Of a stretch of DNA of 64,000 nucleotides, positions 1 to 11,789 are shown in pieces. The notes under the pieces were generated by a model, which ran no database searches, was not told the DNA's origin, and saw only the letters and a list, made by a program, of their open reading frames with translations. Within the stretch, counting starts at the first letter, position 1; the number at the start of each line of letters is the position of its first letter. The stretch lies in contig MU053561.1 of NCBI GenBank assembly GCA_013239625.1, positions 2,620,283 to 2,684,282 of the forward strand, read 5' to 3'. Source of the stretch: Lama guanicoe (Eukaryota). The position numbers and the translations under genes were made by a program.

Positions 1-157
1 CTGTTAACATCCTACAGATCAAAGCAAGTCACAGGGCCAAGTCCAAATGCAAGAGATGGCTTAATAGACTCCATCTCTTTAGTGAAGGGAACTGCACAGT
101 GACAGGGCAAAAGGAGAGGGAAAGAACTGGGGCCAGCAGTGCAATCAGTCTGCTACA
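1..157. mobile_element. MaLR LTR fragment (MLT1-like)
   Basis: caaagcaagtcacagggccaagtcca...actccatctctt...gaagaactggggccagc...atcagtctgctaca resembles an MLT1 terminus. Confidence 0.6.
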
Positions 158-744
158 TGCACTGAAAAGAGAATTTAGAAATAAGTGTTGCCAACAGAGG
201 CAATCATTGCCAATAATACAGCGTACCCTATATTCTTGAAATACATACAGCTAAGTAAATGCTATGCAATTTCTCATTCTTGGCTGTTGCCAAAATTTTT
301 TTTCCCTCCTTCCATTTTAGTGGCTCCATTTCTGCCAAAATTTAACATTGACAGGGTGATGTTGCTTCTTTTCTGGAGGGAAAAAAAAGAAGCTTTCTGT
401 TATCAAAGGGGGGAAAAAGAGAGAAAAAAATAGAGCTAGCGAGAGAGACAGTTATTCTATTACCTTGGGAATCACTGCAGCACATTGCAATTGTATCAGT
501 TGAAAGGAATGTAAAAATGGAATTCCTGGTTCAGATCGACGGAGTGCTGGACAAAGCAACACGAGCATGTACTAAAGAAAAAAAAATCTGTTTCAGTTCC
601 TAGAAGATTAATGAAAAGTGATGTATTTTTTTTTCAGGTTTGACATGCTTAAATATGAATTCCACAAAATCATAGAAACTGTAAGTATCTTGATCTCCTG
701 TCCTAAGCATTCAGGCCCAAGAAACATTTAAATGGGGACTTTTT

Positions 745-905
745 ACATGGAAGGTGCTGTGCAAGGCATTTTCACATATTCAGTGTTACAGAAGAACTCA
801 CATCATTATGTGACAGGCATTACTAATCCCATTTTACAGATGAGAAAACTGAGGCTTAGAGGAATCAACTAATCTAGACAAGATTGTATTGCCAGGAAAT
901 GGATG
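745..905 (-). mobile_element. MIR SINE
   Basis: Core cccattttacagatgagaaaactgaggcttagag is the reverse complement of the MIR core. Confidence 0.8.
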
Positions 906-1089
906 CATTCTACGGCTGCCTTCTTACTTTTGGCTCTGGGCTCTACTGAACTTTCTAACTTTGCCATCCATGATCTTCAGAAAGCAGAATGTGTAGGACA
1001 ATGAGTGACTGGAGGATGGAAAAGAAAACCCTGAAAGGGTCAGCAGGATGCTGATCATGATTTTGCCCCTTTCCCTACTTGACCTGCTA

Positions 1090-1600
1090 GAGTGATCTGA
1101 AATGTGAAAATATCTATGCACTCTCCCCATTAAAGGTTTTCAGTGGCTCCCCAAATATTTCTAGACAATCAAGTCCAAACTCCTTGCCCTGACCTTTACA
1201 AGCTGGCCCCTCAGATCTCTCCCACAACCTCACCCTGCAGACAGAATCACTGTATTTCTCTGAACGTGTCCTTACCATCCTTTCTCTAACTCTCCATATG
1301 CTATTATTCCCCTCTGCTTAGAGCCTTTCCTACCTGGCAGATGTTTACTCACTAAAAAAATTTTAAATCTAGGTTTGCATCTCCTATGTGAAACCTTTCT
1401 TGACACCTTAGAGAGTTCACCCTCTCCTGTATGCTATGTCAGAGAAATAATAATAATTTTACTTGTTACTTGTAATGAAATGAATTCTTTACATGCCTCC
1501 CTCTCCTACAAGACCATAAACTTCCTAAGGGCAGAGGCCAGTTCTTACTCATCTTTCTACTTCTTCAACAGGTACTGAATGCCTAAAATCTCCAGGCATG
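1090..1600 (+). mobile_element. L2 3' fragment
   Basis: ttcagtggctcccc...aagtccaaactccttg...ccataaacttcctaagggcagaggcc, typical degenerate L2 3' end. Confidence 0.6.
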
Positions 1601-2113
1601 GCAGCTGGTACAGTGATTTAGACCATGTACAGACTCTGGAGTCAGAAAGATCTGGGTTCACATCTGAAGCAAATTAGTTTGTCTCAATCTCCTCAAATAT
1701 GAGAATGGGGACAGTAAAAGGAGAAATCCCATTATCTGACACAATTAGAGCTGTTAGTTTATCGATTAACAGAAAATGTCAGGTAAAGTTGGGAATCATT
1801 AAAAAGACTCCTCTGTATCTCAAAATTTGTGTTTTCAGCTCAATTATATACCTGAATATTCATTCACCAATCTCTAGACACAGGCCCAGGTCTTTCCTTT
1901 GAGTACTGGTCTGTTGTCTGGAGTCTCCTATGACTTTTTTTTGCATAAAGCAAACCTATGTCTTTTCTACAACTTTCAGCTTTGATTTCTTTAAAAAGGG
2001 GTAAAAATTTTAAGAACACTTGTGAAGCCAGTGGAGTACAGAACCCTTCCATGTTTTTGTGATTTGTTCCCGCTCCGTCCTTTATAGTTGTTTTGCCTGG
2101 AACTGACAGCATT

Positions 2114-2204
2114 GTCTTTCCCCTTAACGGAGGTACCAGGCATTGAACCCAGGACCTTGTGCTTGCCAAGCACACGCTCTAACACTGAGCTATACCCCCA
2201 CCCC
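2114..2204 (-). mobile_element. tRNA-derived SINE (camelid vic-1-like), short copy
   Basis: Minus strand GGGTATAGCTCAGTGTTAGAGCGTGTGCTTGGCAAGCACAAGGTCCTGGGTTCAATGCC with A and B boxes; flanking direct repeat gacagcatt (2105-2113, 2209-2217). Confidence 0.85.
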
Positions 2205-2463
2205 ACTAGACAGCATTTTTTTTTAAAAAAAGCAATTTGCCTCTTGACTCTTTCCATAGAATTCATCTTACCTTTATCAACACCTTTCTTTGGCACTTCT
2301 ATTTCAATGGTTTACGTATTATTCAGTGAAGTTCTGTCATCATAGCAACCAGTGTTGGTGGCACACATTGGCTGGAGAATAAACAGAACAGAGAGGGCTT
2401 GGGGGAGCATCGCCTCTGTGGGTGGAGCTGAGCCACCCAGGTGCACAAGCCCCAAGTGGCCAA

Positions 2464-3527
2464 TGTATTAATCATGTCATTTTATTTCTGGTTTTGACGC
2501 TTTGATACTTAGGACCTTGCTGATCCTGGAGAGACTGTTCCTCCCAGGGCTGGCCAGCACCTAGAGAAAGGAAATAATTCCCATTTGCCTGTGAGCACAC
2601 TTTTCCTGTGCAAACAGAACAATGCAGAGTCCATACCCCTCCACCTCCTCCATTGGGCTCTCGCCCTCAGGACCACTGTTCCCTGCTCTGATCACCCCCC
2701 CAGGGTCCGGGGCCAGGAACCGGATGTGTTGGGGGAGGCATAGCTGGTGTATTAAATTAAGAATATGCAGATTATGACCTGCTGAATGAGGAGGCACAGG
2801 CCACCCACACGGGGTCAGTAGGTGGCTCCGAGAGTATCTCAACGCCCACTCTGGGGAGGTCAAACCCCAGGGTCGTTTTGATTGAAAGCAGTTTCAATAC
2901 CCTCACACAAAGAAAGTAAAGTCACAGAATTTATTACTTACGGATCCCAGAAAGCAGAGCCGGTGGGGCCAATGAGCTGGGGGCAGGGCAGCCCGCCAAC
3001 GTCCCGGTCTCCAGTGAGCAGGGGAGAGAGAGCAGGGTAGCAGGTATCTAGTACTTAGAAGGTGCTTGGGGCCGAGGTTGCAGGCTCAATTCAAAATGGT
3101 TATTTTAAAAGGTGCCCCGGGAAAAGCAAAGAGGGATTCCCTGGGGTGGAAATCCTAAACTCAGGTCCTTATCTAAATGTCCAGGCTCTGGCTAGGGCTA
3201 TTAGACTGTCAAATCCTGGGCAGCAACTCAAAACAGCTGTTTTTTCATCACACCAAACAACTAGGGACATTCCCTAGGCTTCAGAGCCCGCTGAAAACTA
3301 CCCAACCGAGTGAGCCTTGAGCCTGCTGACCCTGACTGGCCCGATCCTTCCTGTGAAAACCACAGCAAAGCCTGTCGCCCGTGCTCTTCCCTCGTCCCCC
3401 TGCCTCCGGCTGGACCCTGGTGCTTTCCGCTGTGACAGCCCCTCTTGAGATCTGTGATTGTCTTTTCAATGGCAGTCATCTCCTGATCTGTTGCCTCATC
3501 TAAATCCTAAGACCTGTATTTCAAAGC
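2464..3527 (+). mobile_element. MER74-like ERVL solo LTR interrupted by a second LTR-like insert (~2727-3250)
   Basis: Starts TGTATTAATCATG...ccttgctgatcctggagagactg...cccagggc as in MER74. Breaks after gggccagg and resumes at caactagggac...cagagcccgctgaaa. Confidence 0.7.
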
Positions 3528-4738
3528 GGCGTGCTACACACATGGGTCTGTGGGTTCGAGGGCGTGGAGTGGCTGTTATTTGCAAGATCCAGTTACATGA
3601 AGAGCAGGTAAGAAAGCTTCTGCTGTAGTCACCTGGGGATGACCTGAGGCACCCGCCCAGTCACAGCACATTTAAGGATCCCGGTGTTCGCCGTTGTCAC
3701 AGTGGTGAGGGGTCCCTGCCCTCTTGTCGCTTTCAGACAACCAGAGCATCTGTCAGGGGTCCCAAACCTATCCTACGGGGGGCAGAAAAGGCCCCCTGGG
3801 ACCTGAAGGAGAAGTCGGAGTTGGACAAATGGAAAGAGGTTTCCAGACGAGCAGACAGCACGTGCCAAGGCCTACAGGAAAGTGAGTAGGTGGCAGGTTT
3901 TTTGTGCTGAGCAGTGCCTAGGCCACAGGAGGTGTGCAAGCAAGTTTTTTCTTTTTAAAATAAACTGAGGCAGGAACAGGCTCAGCAGCAGGCAAGGGGT
4001 TGCTGAAGTCCAGCTCTGACTGTGTCAGCGTTTTGACGTGAGCAGAATCCTCCTGCTTCGTGGAGAAGCAGGCAGTGGCAGGCCAGGCCCCACAGGGGCG
4101 CACTGACTGTGCTCCATCACTGCCAGTACCTTCCACAGGCCCGGCCCCCAGAGACCTCGCAAGTGAGGAGGTCCCTGCCCAGGACACAAACGGCCCCAGG
4201 GGCAAGTGGGGAGTCGGGGCTCCCAGCACGCCCTCCCATCCAGGTCCCTGCAGACAGCGGCCTGGGGGAAAGCACTGTTTTTTTAACAGGGTAGGAAGGC
4301 TAGCACCTTCTGGACTGGTTTGGCTCCAGACTGGGTCATGAGTCAGAAAAGCTGTTCTGTTCCAGTCACGATATGGTCACAGAACTTGGTGTGTTTCCTC
4401 ATCCGCAGAGAGGAACCACCTCACTTCTAACTTCTCTCTTTCCTGACAGGAGACCTGAAGTGCCATGAGAATTCAGTGAAGACCAAGAGACTGTCCACCA
4501 GCAGCAGGATCCTAGCCCTCACCTTTCCGCTTGGTGGGCATCTCAATATTGATCCCATTACATCCATTTCTTCTCCCCTTTCTGGGGAAAATCTACAATA
4601 CTTCCATGGGGTCCAAAGAGGTCAGAAGGTGCACAGGTTGCAACTGATTCAGCCACAATCCCTCATGCAAAGGAGATGAAAGGGAAACAGGGGCCGAGAT
4701 CAAGTTCCTTACACAACTTCAATTTAAATTAAACTTCC

Positions 4739-4744
4739 TTTAAT
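4739..4744 (-). terminator. Distal polyadenylation signal ATTAAA
   Basis: Plus-strand tttaat = ATTAAA on minus; U-rich upstream (tttgttttttatttc) and a GU-rich element downstream. Confidence 0.75.
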
Positions 4745-6513
4745 GAAATAAAAAACAAATGGTGCATTGCATAATATTTTGTGGTCACAGTATAAAACAA
4801 TACAATTAGTTCATATAACATTGGATATGGACAAAAATACACAAGACCCTTTCTTGGTCTACGTAAAATTCGGCAGATCGTCATGTGCCACGCTACAAAA
4901 GAAAGAGAGTCAACTTTTTTCTCCTAGTGATCTGCACACAAGATTTATCACTGAGAATTTGGTCAGACAGCGGAGGAGAACTTACCCCAATCCCAGTTCC
5001 CTTCTTCCTCTGTTGTCATCGGTGAAGCTAAAAAAAAGTTTTCTGAAAGTAGCAAGTTGTGTAGTATTGCTTATTATTCCTGCTAAAAAGGCTCAGTCTT
5101 TGGCTCACAGATGTCAGTGACAAAACCATGGCTGCAGGCAGTCTGCAAAGCAAGAAGCAATAGCCACCAGGGGGAAACAGGAGAGGGTCTGGGCAGGTGG
5201 GGCCGTCTTTCCCAGGATCTTAGGGAAAGCCACGTGGATAGGAGGGGAGGAAACACACAGATAAATACATTCCTAAATTAAGACTGAAATCCAGTTGGTG
5301 AGTCAGGGTTCCACCGTCCCATGAAAAATCTGAAAAGTTGTTAAAAAGTCAGAGTTTGCATTTTCTTTTTTTTTAAAAAAGTGAAAAGTGTATGTAAACA
5401 TTATAAAGTAAACAATTGAAAGTAATTTTGAGGCTTTTATCTGAACATAGCTTAGGCTCTTTCCTGGGGATATTTTTATGATTAGAAAAAAAAAAAACAA
5501 ACTTTTTTTTAAATCAAGCATCTTTGCGTTCAGCAGTGCAATTTTATCCGTGGGAATCGTGGCTGGGCCCTTCTTCCATTCGTACCAGTGGTTCTGGCAG
5601 GAACCTCTTCCAGAAGAGCACTTTGCAGGGGACCGTATTTGGTACAACAAAAGAGTGCATCTCACACTTTTAAAAGGACACACGCTCCAGCCAGGTCTAT
5701 GCTTCTGGAAGGAAGGAGATCCTTGGTGCAACACCCTGGGGTTTCTCCCTACTTTGTACCAGCCCAGTGGACAGAGGGTGGGGCTGGGTGGGGTGGGGGG
5801 AGAGTCAATACCTTGACAAGCCCAGCTTTGAACTGCAACAGCAGTTTGCAAGGAAAAGGTACAGTGTGTGAGCATGTGTCACCTTTACTGTCACCGAATG
5901 TCTGCCATGGCCCAGCCATGGATTTAGACATACCCGGGGCCACCTGGTCACACCCATAGCCAAGTACCCTTTCCTCCCTACCAAGGGCCTGCCCTACAAA
6001 CATCCTGAATCTTCTTTTAGTAGACATGATAACTGCAAGGGCTCAAAGGGCACCGCTGTTATTAACACAGCACCTGTTTCTATGTGTTCTCTCCTGAATG
6101 CCTGTTTGCACAGCTACCTGTGACCCACCTCCTCTGAAATAGCACAGTTAGGAAACGGCATGTAGGAAACACCCAAATCTAGTGCTAGCAAGGCCTCCTG
6201 CCTGTCCTCTAGCCATCTAGGCTCTGGCTCTGCTGCCCGTCTGCCCGCCACAGAGGCTAGGCCTGGAATTCACTTGTGCTGCTATGGTTAGGGCAAAATC
6301 TAGCTTCTATCACGTGTGTGGTCTGGGCAAAACCAAAAGGAAGAACTCGGTGGCAGTCTGCCTCCTGGTGGGGCACTCCGTGCTAAGTGCAGAATGAATC
6401 GTGGGCAACAGAGCAAGGGGAGTGGAGGGGAAGACGCTGAGCCGGGAGGGGTACGGCTCGTCCGGCCCACTGTGACAAAGAGCCGCACATGAATGGCCAT
6501 CATTTTGTACGAC

Positions 6514-6519
6514 TTTATT
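6514..6519 (-). terminator. Candidate proximal polyadenylation signal AATAAA
   Basis: Plus-strand tttatt inside the 3'UTR; motif evidence only. Confidence 0.4.
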
Positions 6520-8080
6520 GCTCAAAACAGACGAATCTTTTTTTTCCCCTTCGGAAGACAGAGCAGTGTGTTAGATCCTTCAGAGCCAGGATAAAAGCAC
6601 AGAGGATTGCAATGTAGGGCATGAGTCACCAGCGAGCCTCAGAAAACCCCACTGGGATGCTTCCCGAAGGCCAGCGCTGTGCAGGGGGTGAGACGCTTCA
6701 GGGAGCGGAAGATCTCTTTGGGTCCATGGTCCTACTCCCGGTATGAGCAATCAGGCAATATGGACTGCTCTCAGATCTACTTTGTAGGCTGTTCACGTAG
6801 CAATAAATTGCTGGGTTTCCTCTGTTTTCCTAATAGGAAAGCAAACATACCACAAAGTATACCCTTTCTCACTAACCCCCTGCAGGGGAATCTTAAAAAG
6901 ACTTGAAGGACTGAAAAGGTCATAGAAAATGCATGGTTCTTCTAGGTAATTTCTGATTCCGTGAAGTCAGTCAGTTTTGCAAGCAGCAATTGGCCTCCAT
7001 GTTAAGGAGCCGAAGTAGCCCGTGAAGGACGCAGGGGGTCTGTGGGTCCCTCTGCAGACCCACCAGGACCCTACCCCCCACAAAGGGCAGGACAGGGGGG
7101 GGCGGGGGCTCCTTCCTCCTGACACACCCCGGCACCACTGACCCTCCGGGGACGAGCTGCAGAAATCTAATGCCCAGGATCCCCCCTCCGCCATCCTCGG
7201 GGTCCCCGGGGGCATGGTGGCCTCAGAGCTATAGAAGTGACCGTCTGCTCCTTTCTTTGTCCCCAACCTCCTCTTCCTTGCAGGCCTTCGTACTGCCCTG
7301 GACAGAGGTGGCTGTGTATTTCTCTTCATTCTCATTCTTAAGGCTAAGGTGGCAAGATAAGGTGCTTGGTGGAGAGCCAAATTCTCGATTCCAGGGCCAT
7401 CTCAGCACGCGCACATAAAGTAAATACGAAAGAAATGGAAAGGGGGCAGAGGAGCAGAAAACAAAACACAACAGAATGCACTGGGGCTCAACAGGAAGTT
7501 ACGTCCTGCAAGTTTAGATTTCAAATGTCATCTAAACCCCTGAAAATAGGGGGTGGGGGAGGGTTGTAAAAGCCACAAACGAGCCTCCGGCACTGGGCTG
7601 TGCTGTCCCTCGGCCGGGGTAGAGGGTCCTACCGAGCGGCACCCTTGACGCGTGCCTCCAGCGGGAAGCCGGCCCTCACGCGGGCAGTCCCGCTCTCACT
7701 GAAGACAAAGAACTCTGAACGCCATCACCCCTTCCTCACTGCAACCCCTTGAACCGAAAGATAGAAACACACTCAGGTCAGAGATCTATAAACCAGTAGG
7801 AGAAAAAAATTAGACAAAGGTTAACCATTAAAAAGCCGCAGTTGGGAAAACACACACTCGACTGTTCTATCAGAAAGTGCCGTGGGAAGAAGGGCTGTGT
7901 GCTGGTAGACAGGTCCGCGCTCAGAACTTGACATGCAGAAAAGAGAGAGCGCCAAGTCCCACCTGAGATTAGAGAGGACTGGTTTTTAGTGTAACACACT
8001 TCGCGTTAAAAGATCACTGTCCTCTTCTCGCCCAAATTGCTCCTCGACCGTCCCTCTGTCCTGGCCTCTCCCGGCACCGT

Positions 8081-8247
8081 CTAGTCCATCTCCATGGACA
8101 TGAGCCGGCGGCGCTCACGCCTCGTCTCCTGGACCTCCTTCTTACAGCACCAGTGGGAGCTGCAGTACCCGATGAGGCAGGACAGGAGCCCGATGACAGT
8201 GGACAGGCCAACGCCGATCAGCAGCGGGTACTTGAAGGCGTTCAGCA
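8081..8247 (-). CDS. PTGFRN: PTGFRN exon 9 coding part (167 nt): transmembrane helix, Cys-rich/basic cytoplasmic tail, TAG stop
   Basis: Acceptor ctgtccctcccag|TG. Translates (V)LNAFKYPLLIGVGLSTVIGLLSCLIGYCSSHWCCKKEVQETRRERRRLMSMEMD*; stop at 8081-8083. Confidence 0.97.
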
Positions 8248-9783
8248 CTGGGAGGGACAGATCAAAGGGAAGCGGTTAGTGATGGGGGGCAGAGGGTCCA
8301 CAAAGACCACCGCCTCCCCTCTCCACCTGAGCGGGGTCTCCCCCTGAGGGATCTGATCTCACGCACCCGGCACCCAGCACCTAGCACAGCGTTAGAGACA
8401 GGAGCAGCTCAGCCATACGTGTCTAAAAAGTGAGCAAATGTCTCCCCACCCTGTTCCGTGGAGGTGGGGGAAAAACCAGAAAAAAGATTTCCTTCCATGG
8501 CTTTGAATGTCAACTTGCTTTTTAGGGTTTTGGCAGGAGATTGATTTTTTAAAAGTCAGTATAAGGGCACCACACATTCGGCAGCAGATGCATCCTTAAG
8601 AAAAACCATACATAAATCAATTCTCCGCATCAAATAACTGAAGTGTACTAGGAGAGCTATTTTAAGGAACATTATAGTAAATTATCTAGCAAAGTGAATA
8701 ATCACTCCCTACTTGTTTGGTAATTCTGGGTTTTCATATGGAGTGTCTTCAAGCAAGAAATTTCAAAGATGCAAAGATAGTATAAATAGACGAAGTGTCA
8801 GGAATGTACAAACACTGTTTAGATCCCACAACCCAGAGTCCCATGTTCCCATCCCCCAAAGTACCAGCCTTGAGTGGATGCTGGCACCGTGGCTGTTTGC
8901 CTGACATTTAACACAATAGCCCCATGAGAGATCTTTTTATCCCATTTTACCAGAGAGGAAATGAAGGATTAGAGAGGCTAAGTCATCTGCAGAAGGGCTG
9001 GGGTTCCAGTTCCAGTCAATTCCAGTCCAATTTCAGCCAAACTGACACATCACCAGGGAAATGCACTCAAAGACTCTGACTTAACCCTCAGAGCCACCTG
9101 GACTTGAATTCGCTCCATGAGTTTTTTTCAATTAACTTTTACTCTGACAGTTTTTACAAAGAAGACGTGTTTCCCGTTAACCAAGGAACAACTGCCCCCA
9201 CTCTGGGACACTCGGGGAGGAGAGGCGTGGGGAGGGGGCCCTCTGACCACTTGAGTAGGCAGACCACGGTGGTCAGTGTGGGCCAACAAGGCCGAGACCT
9301 CCCCCTCCCATCTCAGGGTTCCGTGAAGACCCCCCTCTGTGGTAGTGACACCAGGGGGAACCTCCCTTTTCCAAGAAGCAGAACCAACAGGAGGGCAAGA
9401 GAAGGCAGGGACCCACTCACAGTCCCTCCTAGAGACCTGAACCCACTCTCTTGGCACTGCTCTCTGCCTCTGTCTGGCAGAATCTGTGCCAATCCTAGGG
9501 CACAGCTAAGTGGGTATGTATAGAATTTACAGAAAGCATCAAAAATCCTTCCAGTAAGTCTTAACAAATCATTTCCCAAGGGTGCCTCCAGCACACACGA
9601 TACCAAAGCTGAGAAAACAGCAAGGGCTATGTGTGTGCTCTGTCTGGGTACAGGCTGGGCCAGGTCTAGAGAGAAAGGGGGCACGTTCATCAAAGGCTAG
9701 GAACCTGGGACCCATCCACGGGAGCAGAGCACAGAGAGGAGTCATGCCTCCAACACCGAGAGTGACCTGTGTGTCATTCTTAC

Positions 9784-10089
9784 CATCCATCTTCACAGTT
9801 ATAAAGATGGGCTTGGAGTGGATCTCTGTCTCTTTCTGCCAGGAGCCTGTGGGTGACTTCACCCACGGAGTCACATAGCAATAGTAGTTGCCAAAGTCCT
9901 GGTCCTCAGAGCCATGCACTTGCAGTAAGAATTCCAGCACGCTCACGCGCTCCAGGCTGAGCCCGCTCTTCCACTCCCTCTGGGCTGTGCTCACAATCCC
10001 CTTCCGATCCAGGGACGACAGGTGGACGGGATCCTTGTCCAGGCCAAAGGAGTGCACCGCAAACCAGGACACATCAAAGGCCATGTCAT
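9784..10089 (-). CDS. PTGFRN: PTGFRN exon 8 (306 nt): remainder of Ig domain 6
   Basis: Acceptor tccacag|AT, donor ATG|gtaag. Translates (D)DMAFDVSWFAV...DFGNYYCYVTPW...PIFITVKMD. Confidence 0.97.
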
Positions 10090-11789
10090 CTGTGGATTAC
10101 CAAGCCAAAACCCTGGCGTCAGTGCAACGGGCAGAAGTAGCAGGCATGGCTAACACACCTGTATCCTGACTGCGGGCCAGCCCTGCGCTATGTGCCGTGA
10201 GCCTCACTGTATCCTCAACAATCCCATGATGGAGGTACCATCACAGTCCTCACTCTACAGAGGGACCAAATACCTTGTTTGAGGTCACAGGGCCAGGTGG
10301 CAGCAGTGTGCATGGCTTAACCCAGGAGTCCAGCTCAGAGCCCACCCTCCTAACCATGCCACTGCCACGACCCAGTTTGACAAGCACAGCCAAAAACTGT
10401 CTCTTCCAGGGAACATGGGTTGTAATGCTGATGTGCGGTGACATTGCACGCTTTGCCTCCCAAAGAAAGTGGGGTCCTGTGACATCTCAGGCAGAAGTCC
10501 CCCAAGACGAGAAGGACACTAAAGTTGTAAAGAACAACATGTACATAAAATCAATTGTACAAAATGGGGAGCTGTAAACAGTTTAGATTTCATTGTTTGC
10601 TGCGATTTTCCCCCCTAACGTGCTTAAGTTCAAAACAAGAAGGAAAAAAATGTCAAGCTGAGAAAATTGAACGCAGTTTAACAGTCCCAGTGAGGAAGGT
10701 ACTCTGCAAAATTAAGGTTCTAACAGCCTCAAATAAATTGACAAGGGCCTAAGAGAAAGAAGACCTTGGCACAAGCGCTAATTCTCCTAGAACGTGGAAG
10801 TAGAGTGCACATCATAAGCCCTTGACCTCTTCTGGCTGTTGTCAAGTGATACCAGCTGCGACAGGTCTGAGACTCACCCCGCAGACAAGAAAGGACTGGG
10901 AGGACACGGACACTGCTTTATCTTAAACTCAGTGACAAGGCTTTCTATACAAATGTTAAATAGCACAATTTTTGTCAAACAAAAAGAAACATTTATTCAT
11001 TTAGTAAAAATACACTAATAATAAAATGCACATTATAAGGCAACTAAATTATATTCAGATGCTTACATATTAAAAAAATGTAAGCAGAACTAAAAGCAAG
11101 AATTTCTACAAAATTATTCAAATGATAATTCCTTTTCAACTCTCTCTAAAAACATGAAGGGCCTCAGGCAAACCTCAACTCTACGTGATGACAACTCTCT
11201 AGTCTGAGGCACCAAGATACCTTTTTTCTCCCCCTCGGCCCACTGTGGCACTTGAGCACAGCATCCGATGGCTCCCAGCATGTAGGTCACCTCTCGTCAC
11301 GTGGACCAACTCCCTGGGGCAGAGGGAATGCTGTCACCGTCCTCACACCTCCATGGTGTCGGGGCAGAGCGGGCACCCAGATGACTCCCAGGTACTCAGT
11401 GACAACTAGCTCAGGGCTGCTGTCACCTGCAGGCACCAGGTGGTTACTGAAGGCAGAATCACAGCTGTGTCCCCGTCACTTGTGCCCAGACTCTAACCCG
11501 GCCCTGCCCTGCCTTATAGAGCAGTGGGCAGGCTGCAGGGCACGGCTACCCGCGCTAGAACCCCAGTGCCAGCTCTTGTTAGCCACGTGACCCGGGTGAG
11601 TCACTTAAGTTCACTGTGACTTAGCTTCCTATTCTGTAGAAGGACATCACAATAGCACCCATGGTGGGTTAACTTTCTACAACGCTTACAACAGCACCTG
11701 GAATGTAGTAAGCACGCAGTGCAAGCTGGCCGCCAGGGGCAGCCTCACCTCCACGGTGAGGCTGAGATGCTGTGACAGGAAGGGCGTTA

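Larger units (their letters stand above)
4720..8080 (-). other. PTGFRN: PTGFRN 3'UTR (~3.35 kb)
   Basis: Repeat-poor sequence after the stop codon. Ends in a U-rich segment with ATTAAA (4739-4744) followed by a GU-rich tract (gaagttgtgt). The cleavage site is approximate. Confidence 0.8.

Noticed and set aside
5303..5959. Overlapping ORFs of 112-190 aa in the 3'UTR
   Set aside because: No recognisable domain, they cross homopolymer runs, and they lack splice or Kozak support; consistent with chance ORFs.
8014..8083. Stop-codon read-through of PTGFRN
   Set aside because: The context is TAG ACG, not the TGA CTAG read-through motif.
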